The position numbers were made by a program, and so were the translations under genes. 64,000 bases of DNA from Saccostrea echinata (Eukaryota). Below, in pieces: positions 58,701 to 64,000 of this stretch. The first letter of the stretch is position 1. Every line of letters starts with the position of its first letter. Under the pieces are notes generated by a model. The model was given only the letters and a program-made list of their open reading frames with translations. It was not told where the DNA came from and did not search any database. The stretch is taken from NCBI RefSeq assembly GCF_033153115.1, contig NW_026889761.1, positions 8,308,001-8,372,000 of the forward strand, in the 5' to 3' direction.

Positions 58701-61700
58701 AAATGTAAATGTTTCAACATATAACTTATTCACAAAAAACTTATACTGTACATTACTGCCTTTGGCAGCTATTGTCTATCTACCTGTACTATGTGTGCAC
58801 TGAAGTGATGGGAAATTTCCTATTGCATGTGCACTGACTGAAAGTATTCAGGACATGTAAAATAAGGAATCTAGCTGCAGTTTCAACAGTTTTTCACCAA
58901 GAATAATTATTTCATTTCAAAGGGTGTAAGACTATTCATCTGCAGTATACAGTGTATGCCCAAGATGACAATCTATATATCAACATCATCCTAAAAGCTA
59001 AATGATGCCACTGGAATTAAAGATGGTTATCATGTTATTTTATTGATCAATGTTCATTTTCTGAAACATACAATCAAAAAACTAAGGATATGCGATTTTA
59101 TCTGTATACCGGTATATCATGATTTTTTTTTATTAGGCGATACGTATCGTGATACGGAGACTAAAATACCGGTATTTTATATGTAATTATAAATAACGGA
59201 AATAATTAATTTTTTTGTTCACACTCTTGAATAACAATTTTAGGAATTGTAGAAATGGTGTTAAACAACGGCATCCTAACATCCAAACATGCTTTATTAA
59301 TATATAAATAAAAATGAAAAAAGTGAAGTTTTGTTTTCACACTACATTTGTTGAAAAGTCATTGAAATTCATTTAAAATCATAGTAAAAATTATGCGTAA
59401 ATATATCATGATATTATCGTGATATCTTTGGGGGAAATCGTGATATATCGCGATAAATTATTTTTGCCGATACCCATCCCTACATGTATCTATGATTGAC
59501 ATCATGAAAAGTCTATGATAGTTTAATTTAAATAATTCCTGTGTTGTCTAGGTAGAGAAGTCTCCATGAATATTGGAAATGTTGTCTTCATCAAGTAAGT
59601 GAATACTAGGAAGTTGTCTGTATATTATTTTCTCTACATATTTACTTTGTTTTATGTTAAGTATCCTTTCATCTGCCCCTATTTGAAGATTCGGTGGAAT
59701 ATAGTTTTTGCACTGTTCGTCCGTCTGTCAGTTTGCTGTTTGTTCACTAAAACTTAAACCTTGCCCATAACTTTTGATTGGCTGGATCTATGGCTTTCAT
59801 ATTTCACAAGTGTATTCCTTGTGACAAGACCTTTCATTGGGTACCAATATATTTGACCTCTTTACGTTGAAGTTTGACCCACTTTTGCAAAAATTTTCCA
59901 AACTTTAACCATGGTCATAACTTTTGAACAGGTGCTAGAACTTTCATACTTTTTTGATAATTGTGAGATGTTATATTTTATGTACTGTAACAGTAAAATA
60001 TTAATTTCCATGCAGTCAGATTTGCTTCACCATATCCATACCTCAATTTATTTTGGAAATAAAAACTTCGACCTTGACCTTTTGAAAATCTTTAACCTTT
60101 GCCTTTACTTTTGAACAGTTGGTACTAGGGCTTTTATATTTCACATATGTATATCTTATGACAATGCCTTCCCCTAGGTACCATTAATTTTGACTACTTG
60201 ACCGTGACCTAGCAGTTTGATTAACTTTTTAATTTAAAAACTTTACACATGGCCATAATATTTGAATAATTGGTGATTGAGCTTTCATATTTCTCAAGAA
60301 TATTTATTGATTCTGTTCCTTTCTTTGGGTAACAACATATTTGATTATTTGACCTTGGCCTTGGAGTTTGACTTGCATTTGAGAAACATTAACCTTCTCA
60401 GAAAGCTGTCAGACTGGGGCATCAGTGTTTCACAAACACATCTAGTTCATTATGAAGATTTAATTCATAAAACATTTTTTTAATATAGATTTAAAGCCAC
60501 CCAGCTGGAAGTATCTAAGAAATATGTCTTAGACATGGGCATTTCTGTGTGTTTAGAACCTGATGTCTGTGATTTAGATATTCCTATATTAAAAGAAGTC
60601 CTTATTCCAATTCTTAATTGTGACCTCACCATGGATTTCAATGTCAAAGGTGAGATTTTTTGATAAAATAAAATGCATTATCCACATATGTAAGTAAGTG
60701 GGGACACATATTGAAATTTTTTATATTGCCATCTTAATTATTCTTTGATTAAAAACTAAAAGTAGAAATGTTTTCCCCATAGATTTTTCTCTCGTGAAGT
60801 GGATGAATGAACAAGGTCTTTCATTTGATGGAAGTTTGTCTACGGCTCTGGCTGCTGCTTTGTTTAAGAAGCTGGGAATTGATTCTTTCCTGAAAAATCC
60901 AGCATGTGAAAGGACAGAAGCACCGTACAGTGTCAACAAACAGGACAACAGTGGGTGGTCCTCAGGTAGAAAATTTCTGTACAGTTTGATCACAATTAGT
61001 AGAAAAAAGATTGACACTGGCTTAAAATTTGGACTTTCCAGCAGTGTTGTCTAGAAAATAATTTCGGTTGTCTTCAATAATTGATCTTATTTTTTTGTGT
61101 GCATTACTTTCTTCCTTTATCAATTTTTGAATATGCATGTGGAACATTGTGTATCAATTAATTTGTTATAAAGTTTTCAATGAGAATGTACTACTAGTAT
61201 GAATAAAATGTTATGATTTTGTAGACTGTCCAGCTAAAATGTCTATGCCAAAAATAAGAGGAACAACCGCCTGCTTTATTAAAAACACATGTACAGCTAT
61301 CAAATGCTGTGTGGAGGTTGGAAAAGTTAGCAGAACTTTTGAGATTGAATTGGATATTGACTTCTGTAACCAGAAACTGACATTTGGTATAGAGAAGCTT
61401 ACAGAAACTATTTCTCTCCAAGGATTTGAGTATGGTATAAATTTCAGATTTTAATTTTATTTTTCCATATTGATTGATTTGTCACTTCACTTGAAAAAAA
61501 TACAATTTATAAAGTTTTTTATATATAGTATACACATGTATGTATTCCCAGTGTTTTTCCTTTATTTCAAAGTAAAGGGTTTGGGATCAATTGTAAAAGG
61601 CTAGGGTTTAAGGTTTATGAATAATATCTCTGCGAGTCTTATGACAGTTATGTTTTAAATTTGGATTTCTTAGCGGCATTTATATCAAGTGGTCATTTTG

Positions 61701-63898
61701 GCCATTTTAGGGTCATTTTAGGGAAAACACCGAATTCCATTCCATATGTTTGAGCAATAATGTGTAGCCCAAACTTTTTGTAATTGAAAATTAGGACTCT
61801 ATAGAAAGATTCCTTATGTCCTAAAGAAAGGTAAGATAAATGCTACAACCAGGGAAAATTTGTTACAAAGGCAAACTTGCTGCTGCTGCATGATATAAGT
61901 TAACTCTTCCTATAAAATTGTAATATGTTATGTTTTATGTACTGTAACAGTAAAATATTAATAATCCATGCAGTCAAATTTGCTTCCCCGTATCCATACC
62001 TCATTTTATTCTGCAAATATTTTGGTATTTGTCCCCCACTTTCATTGAAAGTGAGAGATAGTAATTTGGTTCCGTATGCCTGTCAGTCCATCTGTCTAGC
62101 TTTATATCTGTCTGGTGAAACAGTTTCATTTCCGAAGATATCTCAACGTTTGAGACCTTTAAGGTTTTGCATTGAAATTTTACATCACAACTCTCTATGG
62201 CCTAATGAAGACCTCTATTGATTTTGAAGTCAAAGGCCAAAGTCATTAATTCATTCTGTTTGTGTGTAATAAGGCCTCTCCAAGTTTTTTCTTTGTTTAC
62301 GTCGACTCTAAATTCGAAAACCGATCTTTCTATCTGGAACACACAAACCAAAAAAAAACACAACATTTTAAGCACAACTCTAGAATTTTTCATCATCATT
62401 TGAAAATTATCTTTGCATTGTTTTAACTAAGTTAAACTACTAGTTTATTGAATAAAACTTTTTTTGGTTCACCACTTAAAATATGAGATGTCAATCCCAG
62501 AAGAGTAAATTGTGTTTCAAAGATTTGTATTTGTCAATTTTGATTTATGTTTGTTTTTAATTTAATATCCTCAAAACCAATCCGCCTGTGGACGCTAAAC
62601 ATAGGAAAAAACCTGAAACGGCCTATGTTTTTTTCCGGGCAATTTCTCAAGAGGCCTTTTAGCTTTTGCAATGAAATTTTATATCAGAACTCTTTATGGC
62701 TAAAGAAGATTTTAAGGTCAAAGTTCAAGGTCAAAATCATACTTTACAAATAAAATTTTCCAGATTTTCTTGAAGCTTTCATCAATAGAATTAAATATCA
62801 CAACTCGCTTTTATTTAAAGAAGATTTCTATCAATTTTTTAAGTCAAAAGGTCAGAAGTCAAGGTCATAAATTTATATGCTCGTTATCTTTCTGTGTGTG
62901 ACACTTCCGTTTCCAGACAATATCTTAAAAAGTCTTTGAGCTGTTGCAATGAAATTATATATCACAACTTACGGTTTAAAGAAGATCTCTTTCGATTTTT
63001 AGGCCCAAAGGTCAAATTCATACATGGCAAAAACATTTTCCAGAAGCTTAGGATCATTTTTCTGAGAGCTTTCTTCGATGAAACTTAAAATCACAACTTC
63101 CTATGGCTTAAAAAAAATGTATAAATTTTAAGGCCAAGAAGCTGAAATGTCAAGGTTGACTATTTTTCTTTCTCCAACACCAAACTTTTTCCAGTTCTTC
63201 CACCCTCTTCTTTTTTCCTTATGTGAGAGACACAGCTTGATTACTTCATAATGTGCAAAATATAAGAAGGAATATAAGGAAACCTGACTCAAGGTATATT
63301 TACCATGCCACCAAGAAAAAGGGATGAAGATTCAGAAATAAATATTTGACCCAAAGTTTATTTATAAGGTCACCAAATAAAAAGGGATAAGAAGTCGATT
63401 CAGAAATCAATATTTGATCTACCTCTCAGGATCTCAAGTTACTTTTTATTTATATACACACAAATAAAATTCTCCTTCATCAGCTTATAAAATTATATTT
63501 ATATTGGAGTGTTAAGAAAACAGTTTATTAATTTTTGCAGGAAAAAGAAAGGAGGTGGTCATCATGGGTGTTGTCAAGATGTGGTAGGTTTTTTGAAGGA
63601 AAAACTTGTTTCTTGGGGTTAAAGATGTAATTTTGTTAAAATCAGTGTTAAGATTTTCATTAATTTTCGTTCATGTCTGGAAATTGGAAGATACCTGTGG
63701 AGCAGTGAACAAGAATATTTTATCTATTCAAAAGGTACACAATTTGGGACAATGAAGGGGAAGGTGTTTATGTAGTAACAGTAGATCTAGCAATCTGCTT
63801 TGAAGATGGAGGTGATTGTCTCATCAACACAAATATCCTAGATCAATTCAAATTGTCTAAACAGGCATGCATTTGGGGAACATCATTCTTGAGCCAAG
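20..63898 (+). CDS. Partial (5'- and 3'-open) 53-exon gene: giant mosaic protein with LPD_N/MTP-like lipid-transfer module, helical region, LECT2-like M23 domain, two SAP motifs and at least 6 Cys-rich repeats
   Basis: Manually spliced GT-AG exons give one open frame of about 2,500 aa, with phases consistent except at the exon-16 acceptor. Diagnostic motifs: KKGLASLFAAKL (cf. MTP KRGLASLFQTQL), LETLGNAR, HKGLD/HIH/DPTKYL, two SAP-like segments. Many N-x-S/T sequons suggest secretion. Confidence 0.9.
247..280 (+). CDS. Exon 2
   Basis: tag| (N)TKGIDNDFSK(W) |gtaagg; phase 1 to 2. Confidence 0.85.
904..1052. other. Assembly gap (N run)
   Basis: Run of N inside intron 2. Confidence 0.99.
2564..2621. 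repeat. Compound (TA)n(GA)n microsatellite
   Basis: Direct reading. Confidence 0.95.
2780..3240. mobile_element. Degenerate MITE-like element with repeated CGCAAAATGTAATAA motifs in both orientations
   Basis: Multiple aaatgtaataa / ttattacatt motifs; ends not resolved. Confidence 0.45.
5116..5248 (+). CDS. Exon 3 (MTP/vitellogenin-like N-sheet motif)
   Basis: FSFVISTRGVVDHVYHPKGEEDEVVATKKGLASLFAAKLHEFGE; resembles the MTP segment ending KRGLASLFQTQL. Confidence 0.9.
5915..6789. mobile_element. Non-autonomous DNA transposon, hAT-like (CAG..CTG ends)
   Basis: About 30-bp TIRs: CAGGTCTAGGCGGCCTCTGTTTTTGGAGGA / TCCTCCAAAAACGGAGGCCGCCCAGACCTG; no clear TSD. Confidence 0.75.
7887..7947 (+). CDS. 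Exon 4
   Basis: cttcag| IPGNRSSGAFTYHIFENGTE(G) |gtttgt; phase 0 to 1. Confidence 0.85.
8368..8474 (+). CDS. Exon 5
   Basis: GHNATYMVSPVKEGLEFKKTRLQHPVKNAKASFHK |gtaaaa; phase 1 to 0. Confidence 0.85.
9036..9118 (+). CDS. Exon 6
   Basis: tttag| TMIYQAYLETIHSVLIEENFTSPKTPP(G) |gtgaga. Confidence 0.85.
10964..11115. other. Assembly gap (N run)
   Basis: Run of N inside intron 6. Confidence 0.99.
11284..11342 (+). CDS. Exon 7
   Basis: FDPFHGMRKVKAVNDFSKE |gtaatt; phase 2 to 1. Confidence 0.8.
11479..11600 (+). CDS. Exon 8
   Basis: EYPTMSYTSQGKLSFLTRHVDKRKWMKPSEQLLKSPIHIGT |gtaagt. Confidence 0.85.
11869..12344. repeat. Left subterminal array of the palindrome AGAGATATCTCT (more than 20 copies, about 20-21-bp period)
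   Basis: Direct reading; one further copy at about 14967, beyond the nested insertion. Confidence 0.95.
12345..14953. mobile_element. 2.6-kb non-autonomous CACTA/EnSpm-like element nested in the IS3EU-like array
   Basis: TIRs CCCAGGTAGCACAAAA / TTTTGTGCTAGCTGGG; 2-bp TSD CT (its removal restores AGAGATATCTCT); subterminal AAAACATTTT/AAAATGTTTT repeats. Confidence 0.8.
15830..16700 (+). mobile_element. Degenerate Helentron/HINE-type element with Cg170-like units
   Basis: TCTCAAGAACCACTGGGC and GTTGAAACTT units; ends in a CATGGGCCT motif like other copies in the window. Confidence 0.55.
16193..16356. mobile_element. Tc1/mariner (pogo/Tigger-like) MITE
   Basis: TA|CAGT...ACTG|TA; related copies near 50443, 54731 and 55263. 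Confidence 0.7.
17780..18575 (+). mobile_element. Degenerate Helentron-type element with TGACCTTGACC/AAGTTCAAGGTCA tandem units
   Basis: Same unit family as 39945-40450. Confidence 0.5.
19231..20216 (-). mobile_element. Non-autonomous Helentron (HINE) carrying an oyster Cg170-type satellite array
   Basis: Units of about 165-185 bp starting TTGAACAAA at 19358, 19523, 19708 and 19880; GACG/GACA microsatellite; GCTCAGGTGAGCTAAAAA end with a matching GCTCACCTGAG at the other end. Confidence 0.85.
21250..21590 (-). mobile_element. CvA/pearl-like HINE element
   Basis: AACTAGATGTG start, GACGGAAT microsatellite, hairpin-like GGCGGGGGCATAAAAA end. Confidence 0.65.
22668..23048. repeat. Right subterminal array of AGAGATATCTCT (about 18 copies, about 21-bp period)
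   Basis: Direct reading. Confidence 0.95.
23569..23659 (+). CDS. Exon 9 (start of LPD_N alpha-helical domain)
   Basis: Long T-tract acceptor; VKHTPKHLNLSECRKDIIANLTCIENQPEQ(G). Confidence 0.85.
23839..24135 (+). repeat. Tandem duplication of about 150 bp (2 copies)
   Basis: aataaatt..gtca..tttccaaagt.tggatacaaatttataga... repeated at about 23840 and 23991. Confidence 0.8.
24228..25070 (+). mobile_element. Degenerate Helentron/HINE copies
   Basis: TTATTAATTCACCTGAG start; Cg170-like units; internal GCTCAGGTGAGC. Confidence 0.55.
25249..25360 (+). CDS. Exon 10
   Basis: SPVAGLCFRNIVNQLLGLPDEEIVKIAEFYFSILQP(T) |gtaagc. Confidence 0.88.
25512..25686 (+). CDS. Exon 11
   Basis: VFKYQRAIENMVDAYGAMNTELSEKLLAEKVLL...APSE |gtaagt. 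Confidence 0.9.
25817..26307. mobile_element. hAT-like MITE
   Basis: CAGGGTT..AACTCTG ends flanked by GAACATAA / GAACATGT (imperfect 8-bp TSD). Confidence 0.45.
26411..26600 (+). CDS. Exon 12
   Basis: VMLKTLEDAVIH...CMLALGAVSHKLFKEG...LGLH; LALGA helix typical of LPD_N. Confidence 0.9.
26832..27040 (+). CDS. Exon 13 (RQKR site; LGNA motif)
   Basis: PWKYRQKRAVM...ILLETLGNARLDESYDYIL...WIKRAGCHALRKY; the LGN motif is conserved in Vg/apoB/MTP. Confidence 0.92.
28183..28301 (+). CDS. Exon 14
   Basis: AAETLLYSALYDEDQSVRYEASVLYMAHPKGK; resembles the LPD_N EVRIAA helix. Confidence 0.9.
28648..28874 (+). CDS. Exon 15 (RSRR site, beta-sheet start)
   Basis: EESSFDNTT...HQRSRRNVWEGIRFRLEAPGVDWRKTLGTKDIGASFGVIMINLLDLAV |gtaaat. 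Confidence 0.88.
29276..30785. mobile_element. Non-autonomous DNA transposon with long TIRs built of CGACAATATGTAC motifs (possibly MULE-like)
   Basis: About 80 bp at the left end (split by the MITE) matches the reverse complement of 30700-30785; no TSD found. Confidence 0.7.
29340..29736 (+). mobile_element. hAT (Ac-type) MITE
   Basis: TAGGGATG..CATCCGTA ends; perfect 8-bp TSD CTGCACAT. Confidence 0.88.
31838..31966 (+). CDS. Exon 16 (5' boundary uncertain)
   Basis: MKIRVHDEAYARIHVGILGFNYDFFIARVCFKGGTEYSFNILQ |gtacat; the only in-phase acceptor is a weak AAG ending at 31778. Confidence 0.75.
32314..32490 (+). CDS. Exon 17 (amphipathic helical region)
   Basis: GNEMKKIVDIALNFSKKLAEIVNGIKAGVQLFKDLISG...IPNK |gtaagt. 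Confidence 0.9.
33467..34263 (-). mobile_element. HINE/CvA-like element with about 126-bp tandem units
   Basis: Repeated AAACTGAGCTAAACACTAATTT..AGTTCAAGGTCAAAGG units; GACAGA microsatellite; GGCAGGGCATAA end. Confidence 0.7.
35365..35830 (+). mobile_element. 3' part of a Cg170-type Helentron
   Basis: Tandem TCAAGAACCACTGGG..GTTGAAACTT units ending CTCAGGCGAGCC..GGCTCATGGGCCTCCTGTTT. Confidence 0.7.
35881..36039 (+). CDS. Exon 18
   Basis: VVSLVEKSTEALAKIGHYDPEDLPPEFKPTINFVHKVSKLFSDIKADVMGFVN. Confidence 0.9.
36806..36945 (-). mobile_element. 5'-truncated copy of the tRNA SINE at 39483
   Basis: (GATT)n tail plus near-identical ACGTCCCATTTGAGAATTTTTCACTCAT...CCGGTGAAGGGCTT. Confidence 0.85.
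37727..37869 (+). CDS. Exon 19
   Basis: AVEQSIKVVIPHQAKVIFESIRDIIEGFSKILGNPKAALQSIGKGVF(S) |gtaaga. Confidence 0.9.
38749..39207 (+). mobile_element. CvA/pearl-like HINE element
   Basis: TTTTTATGCCCC start, GTCG/GTCT microsatellite, two units of about 140 bp, GGGCATAAGTGTTTCACAAACATCTCTTGTT end. Confidence 0.8.
39274..39344 (+). CDS. Exon 20
   Basis: IFQSIRIILKQKNTVQEACFFLR; phase 2 to 1. Confidence 0.85.
39483..39833 (-). mobile_element. Full-length tRNA-derived SINE (likely Meta/Deu-domain bivalve type)
   Basis: Minus-strand A box TAGCTCAGCTGGTAGAGC, B box GTTCGAATC, Deu-like TAAAAACCGAGGCCCAGTGT..GGCACGATAAAAATCCC, (AATC)n tail, 11-bp TSD ATGATATTGAT. Confidence 0.88.
39945..40450 (+). 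mobile_element. HINE-type element with about 150-bp tandem units
   Basis: GTCCGTCT microsatellite, then TGACCTGAGGGTGTGTCATGACCTTGACC units. Confidence 0.7.
40717..40757. repeat. (TTA)n microsatellite
   Basis: Direct reading. Confidence 0.95.
41416..41582 (+). CDS. Exon 21
   Basis: EKPYWFDVEKLLLEYQPLADQAFASLKSAGDRWINEKIEDAEDRVKKFTKGKFAL. Confidence 0.9.
41984..42150 (+). CDS. Exon 22
   Basis: RDLRREAVRTIETLQALLMDPFNDLLGLADNFVKQYSSVFGLIQKIKDAYTTLKE(G). Confidence 0.9.
42301..42484 (+). CDS. Exon 23 (M23/LECT2-like domain, HxxxD motif)
   Basis: ...GGGCDSGFYPSSLGGGRREYRHKGLDLLVERGDP; cf. LECT2 HQGVDILC. Confidence 0.92.
42664..42816 (+). CDS. Exon 24 (M23 domain core)
   Basis: IVAPFGGTITVDSEDSKTVIISSEGGSLRGITIFITNIEP; cf. 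LECT2 VYAPFTG. Confidence 0.92.
42844..43140 (+). mobile_element. 5' part of a Cg170-type Helentron
   Basis: TTATTAGCTCACCTGAGC..AGGTTCAGGTGAACTTTTCTGA head. Confidence 0.75.
43379..43622. mobile_element. Small MITE with an internal 16-bp perfect hairpin
   Basis: AACCTAGC..GCTAGGTT ends; stem CTGTAGCTCTCTGCTT / AAGCAGAGAGCTACAG. Confidence 0.55.
43981..44157 (+). CDS. Exon 25 (M23 domain, HxH motif)
   Basis: CAAGQPIGTATRSDCDNHIHLAFQKDGGSYVDPTKYL; cf. LECT2 HVHIE...DPTAYL. Confidence 0.92.
45009..45156 (+). CDS. Exon 26
   Basis: NETIAANVIVGLMGEGVQNKDPTITNTDKAVPIKFPESNANPDDTIAIK |gtaagt. Confidence 0.88.
46500..46637 (+). CDS. Exon 27
   Basis: KPSGLFAKVHSSLGSALDFDTDNDQCPVVMGTQSSVGKRSLSLGK; phase 1 to 1. 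Confidence 0.85.
46953..47104 (+). CDS. Exon 28
   Basis: IFSKLLKTADKFLEKFNIRRLKFGTIMDFLDKFGMTESKAAMARVMREIK. Confidence 0.9.
47422..47560 (+). CDS. Exon 29 (SAP-like motif 1)
   Basis: TACRNPYEMTEDQLVNELTEMGKDTKGSREQLIERLVQLD fits the SAP pattern. Confidence 0.9.
47671..47898 (+). CDS. Exon 30 (Cys-rich repeat 1A)
   Basis: CPLL...YCMFDSMCLGLECC...FDPC. Confidence 0.9.
48831..48897 (+). CDS. Exon 31 (repeat 1B)
   Basis: FEGELRSGNKLEILGGLEAVI(R); phase 1 to 2. Confidence 0.85.
49058..49221 (+). CDS. Exon 32 (repeat 1C)
   Basis: YNIFKG...GLCSFDDSENCLVFVNLLDNAVLPIPTCLPDG. Confidence 0.9.
50159..50286 (+). CDS. Exon 33 (helical linker)
   Basis: DFKKLFMKEALYKHVKKQGKSIIQEVTSKLTDEFLKLLRIEK. Confidence 0.88.
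50745..50886 (+). CDS. Exon 34 (SAP-like motif 2)
   Basis: PDKMTLGQITADLVRRGLSTSGSRSELNERLTMDD; RGL..SG.R.EL..RL is the SAP signature. Confidence 0.9.
51054..51290 (+). CDS. Exon 35 (repeat 2A)
   Basis: CVNITL...KDCLRIDAWVD...LDPCSFVVQIGFEKY...LLNYNW(G). Confidence 0.9.
51535..51577 (+). CDS. Exon 36 (repeat 2B)
   Basis: 43-nt exon TNELAEISSNVKV; phase 1 to 2. Confidence 0.85.
51664..51818 (+). CDS. Exon 37 (repeat 2C)
   Basis: YSIGRNVDEGVYILKFGLMICLSSQVDCILDEYLFTDLKIPIPLC. Confidence 0.9.
52067..52158 (+). CDS. Exon 38 (linker)
   Basis: NGSFAGLLEKIGGKMTEEAFELVLKKFDLN. Confidence 0.85.
52279..52327 (+). CDS. Exon 39 (linker)
   Basis: DVITSGACPGIPLTPE |gtaagt. Confidence 0.82.
53591..53842 (+). 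CDS. Exon 40 (repeat 3A)
   Basis: CPAGFD...TCEQPPNCWGIECC...LDPCDFSLDIGFG...LLEYEY(G). Confidence 0.9.
53964..54018 (+). CDS. Exon 41 (repeat 3B)
   Basis: KQHTLSLGSGNSPPVEI; phase 1 to 2. Confidence 0.85.
55583..55755 (+). CDS. Exon 42 (repeat 3C)
   Basis: YRIEQIPGNKGFFVDLRILICFDFDVKITCIPTNDGLHILKNQEIPLCD. Confidence 0.9.
56112..56285 (+). CDS. Exon 43 (linker)
   Basis: FSLTDWMREKSLNLNEQLAEGAVMLLLDQLNLTDFFQRSKCDRTRMPY. Confidence 0.9.
56541..56802 (+). CDS. Exon 44 (repeat 4A+B fused)
   Basis: CPKT...SCYIPGYCTGIECC...NNYVWGEVKTYSVAEGLIKL; no intron at the YxWG position. Confidence 0.9.
57113..57267 (+). CDS. Exon 45 (repeat 4C)
   Basis: LSVKPITNENVYVFNVHASVCLNGGQCSIDIPILRNTRLPTIRA. Confidence 0.9.
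57674..57844 (+). CDS. Exon 46 (linker)
   Basis: FSFTNWLHEMNITQDNLRDNAKALLVQQLGIDQYLLDTPCDSSRDLYYPSSHGWKN. Confidence 0.9.
57948..58169 (+). CDS. Exon 47 (repeat 5A)
   Basis: CPLDW...RCSLSSNCTRIDCC...FDRCNYVISGGIEK. Confidence 0.9.
59083..59482 (-). mobile_element. Second, inverted copy of the hAT MITE family at 29340
   Basis: Colinear reverse-complement similarity including GATACGTATCGTGATACGGAGACTAAAATAC; ends CATCCCTA. Confidence 0.85.
59552..59594 (+). CDS. Exon 48 (repeat 5B)
   Basis: 43-nt exon REVSMNIGNVVFI; phase 1 to 2. Confidence 0.85.
59672..60447 (+). mobile_element. HINE/CvA-like element
   Basis: GTCCGTCTGTC microsatellite, TTTGACC..GACCTTG units, GGGGCATCAGTGTTTCACAAACACATCTAGTT end. 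Confidence 0.75.
60489..60649 (+). CDS. Exon 49 (repeat 5C)
   Basis: FKATQLEVSKKYVLDMGISVCLEPDVCDLDIPILKEVLIPILNCD. Confidence 0.9.
60783..60965 (+). CDS. Exon 50 (linker)
   Basis: FSLVKWMNEQGLSFDGSLSTALAAALFKKLGIDSFLKNPACERTEAPY...GWSS. Confidence 0.9.
61225..61434 (+). CDS. Exon 51 (repeat 6A)
   Basis: CPAK...ACFIKNTCTAIKCC...IDFCNQKLTFGIEK...GFEY(G). Confidence 0.9.
62030..63160 (+). mobile_element. Degenerate HINE-type element with AGGTCAAAGGTCA units
   Basis: Repeated GCAATGAAATT..ATCACAACT..TAAGGTCAAAG units. Confidence 0.5.
63541..63583 (+). CDS. Exon 52 (repeat 6B)
   Basis: 43-nt exon KRKEVVIMGVVKM(W); phase 1 to 2. Confidence 0.85.
63735..63898 (+). CDS. Exon 53 (repeat 6C); gene continues beyond the window
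   Basis: YTIWDNEGEGVYVVTVDLAICFEDGGDCLINTNILDQFKLSKQACIWG |gtgtgt; no stop codon. Confidence 0.88.
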
Positions 63899-64000
63899 GT
63901 GTGTGATAACAATAAAGAGTCTTTAGCATGAATAGCGAATTAAGTTATGTATTACATTTTAACTATTTATATTCAAGTAATATATTTAGCACAGAGCTTA

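Overview
AT-rich eukaryotic genomic DNA, most likely an oyster (Crassostrea/Magallana), judged from Cg170-type satellite/Helentron repeats and a bivalve-type tRNA SINE. The whole window lies inside one + strand gene that starts upstream and continues downstream. I traced 53 GT-AG exons by hand (about 7.5 kb of CDS, about 2,500 aa). Intron phases match at every junction except one doubtful acceptor near 31.8 kb. The protein is a giant mosaic, in this order: an MTP/vitellogenin/apoB-type large lipid transfer (LPD_N) module with two furin-type sites; an amphipathic helical region; a LECT2-like M23 zinc domain (HxxxD + HxH); two SAP-like motifs; and at least six exon-shuffled Cys-rich repeats. Introns are packed with non-autonomous elements. 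The largest is an 11.3-kb IS3EU-like DNA transposon (TAT..ATA ends, 6-bp TSD, phased AGAGATATCTCT arrays) with nested EnSpm-like, Helentron and MITE insertions. There are two assembly gaps. All family names come from motif recognition; no database search was run.
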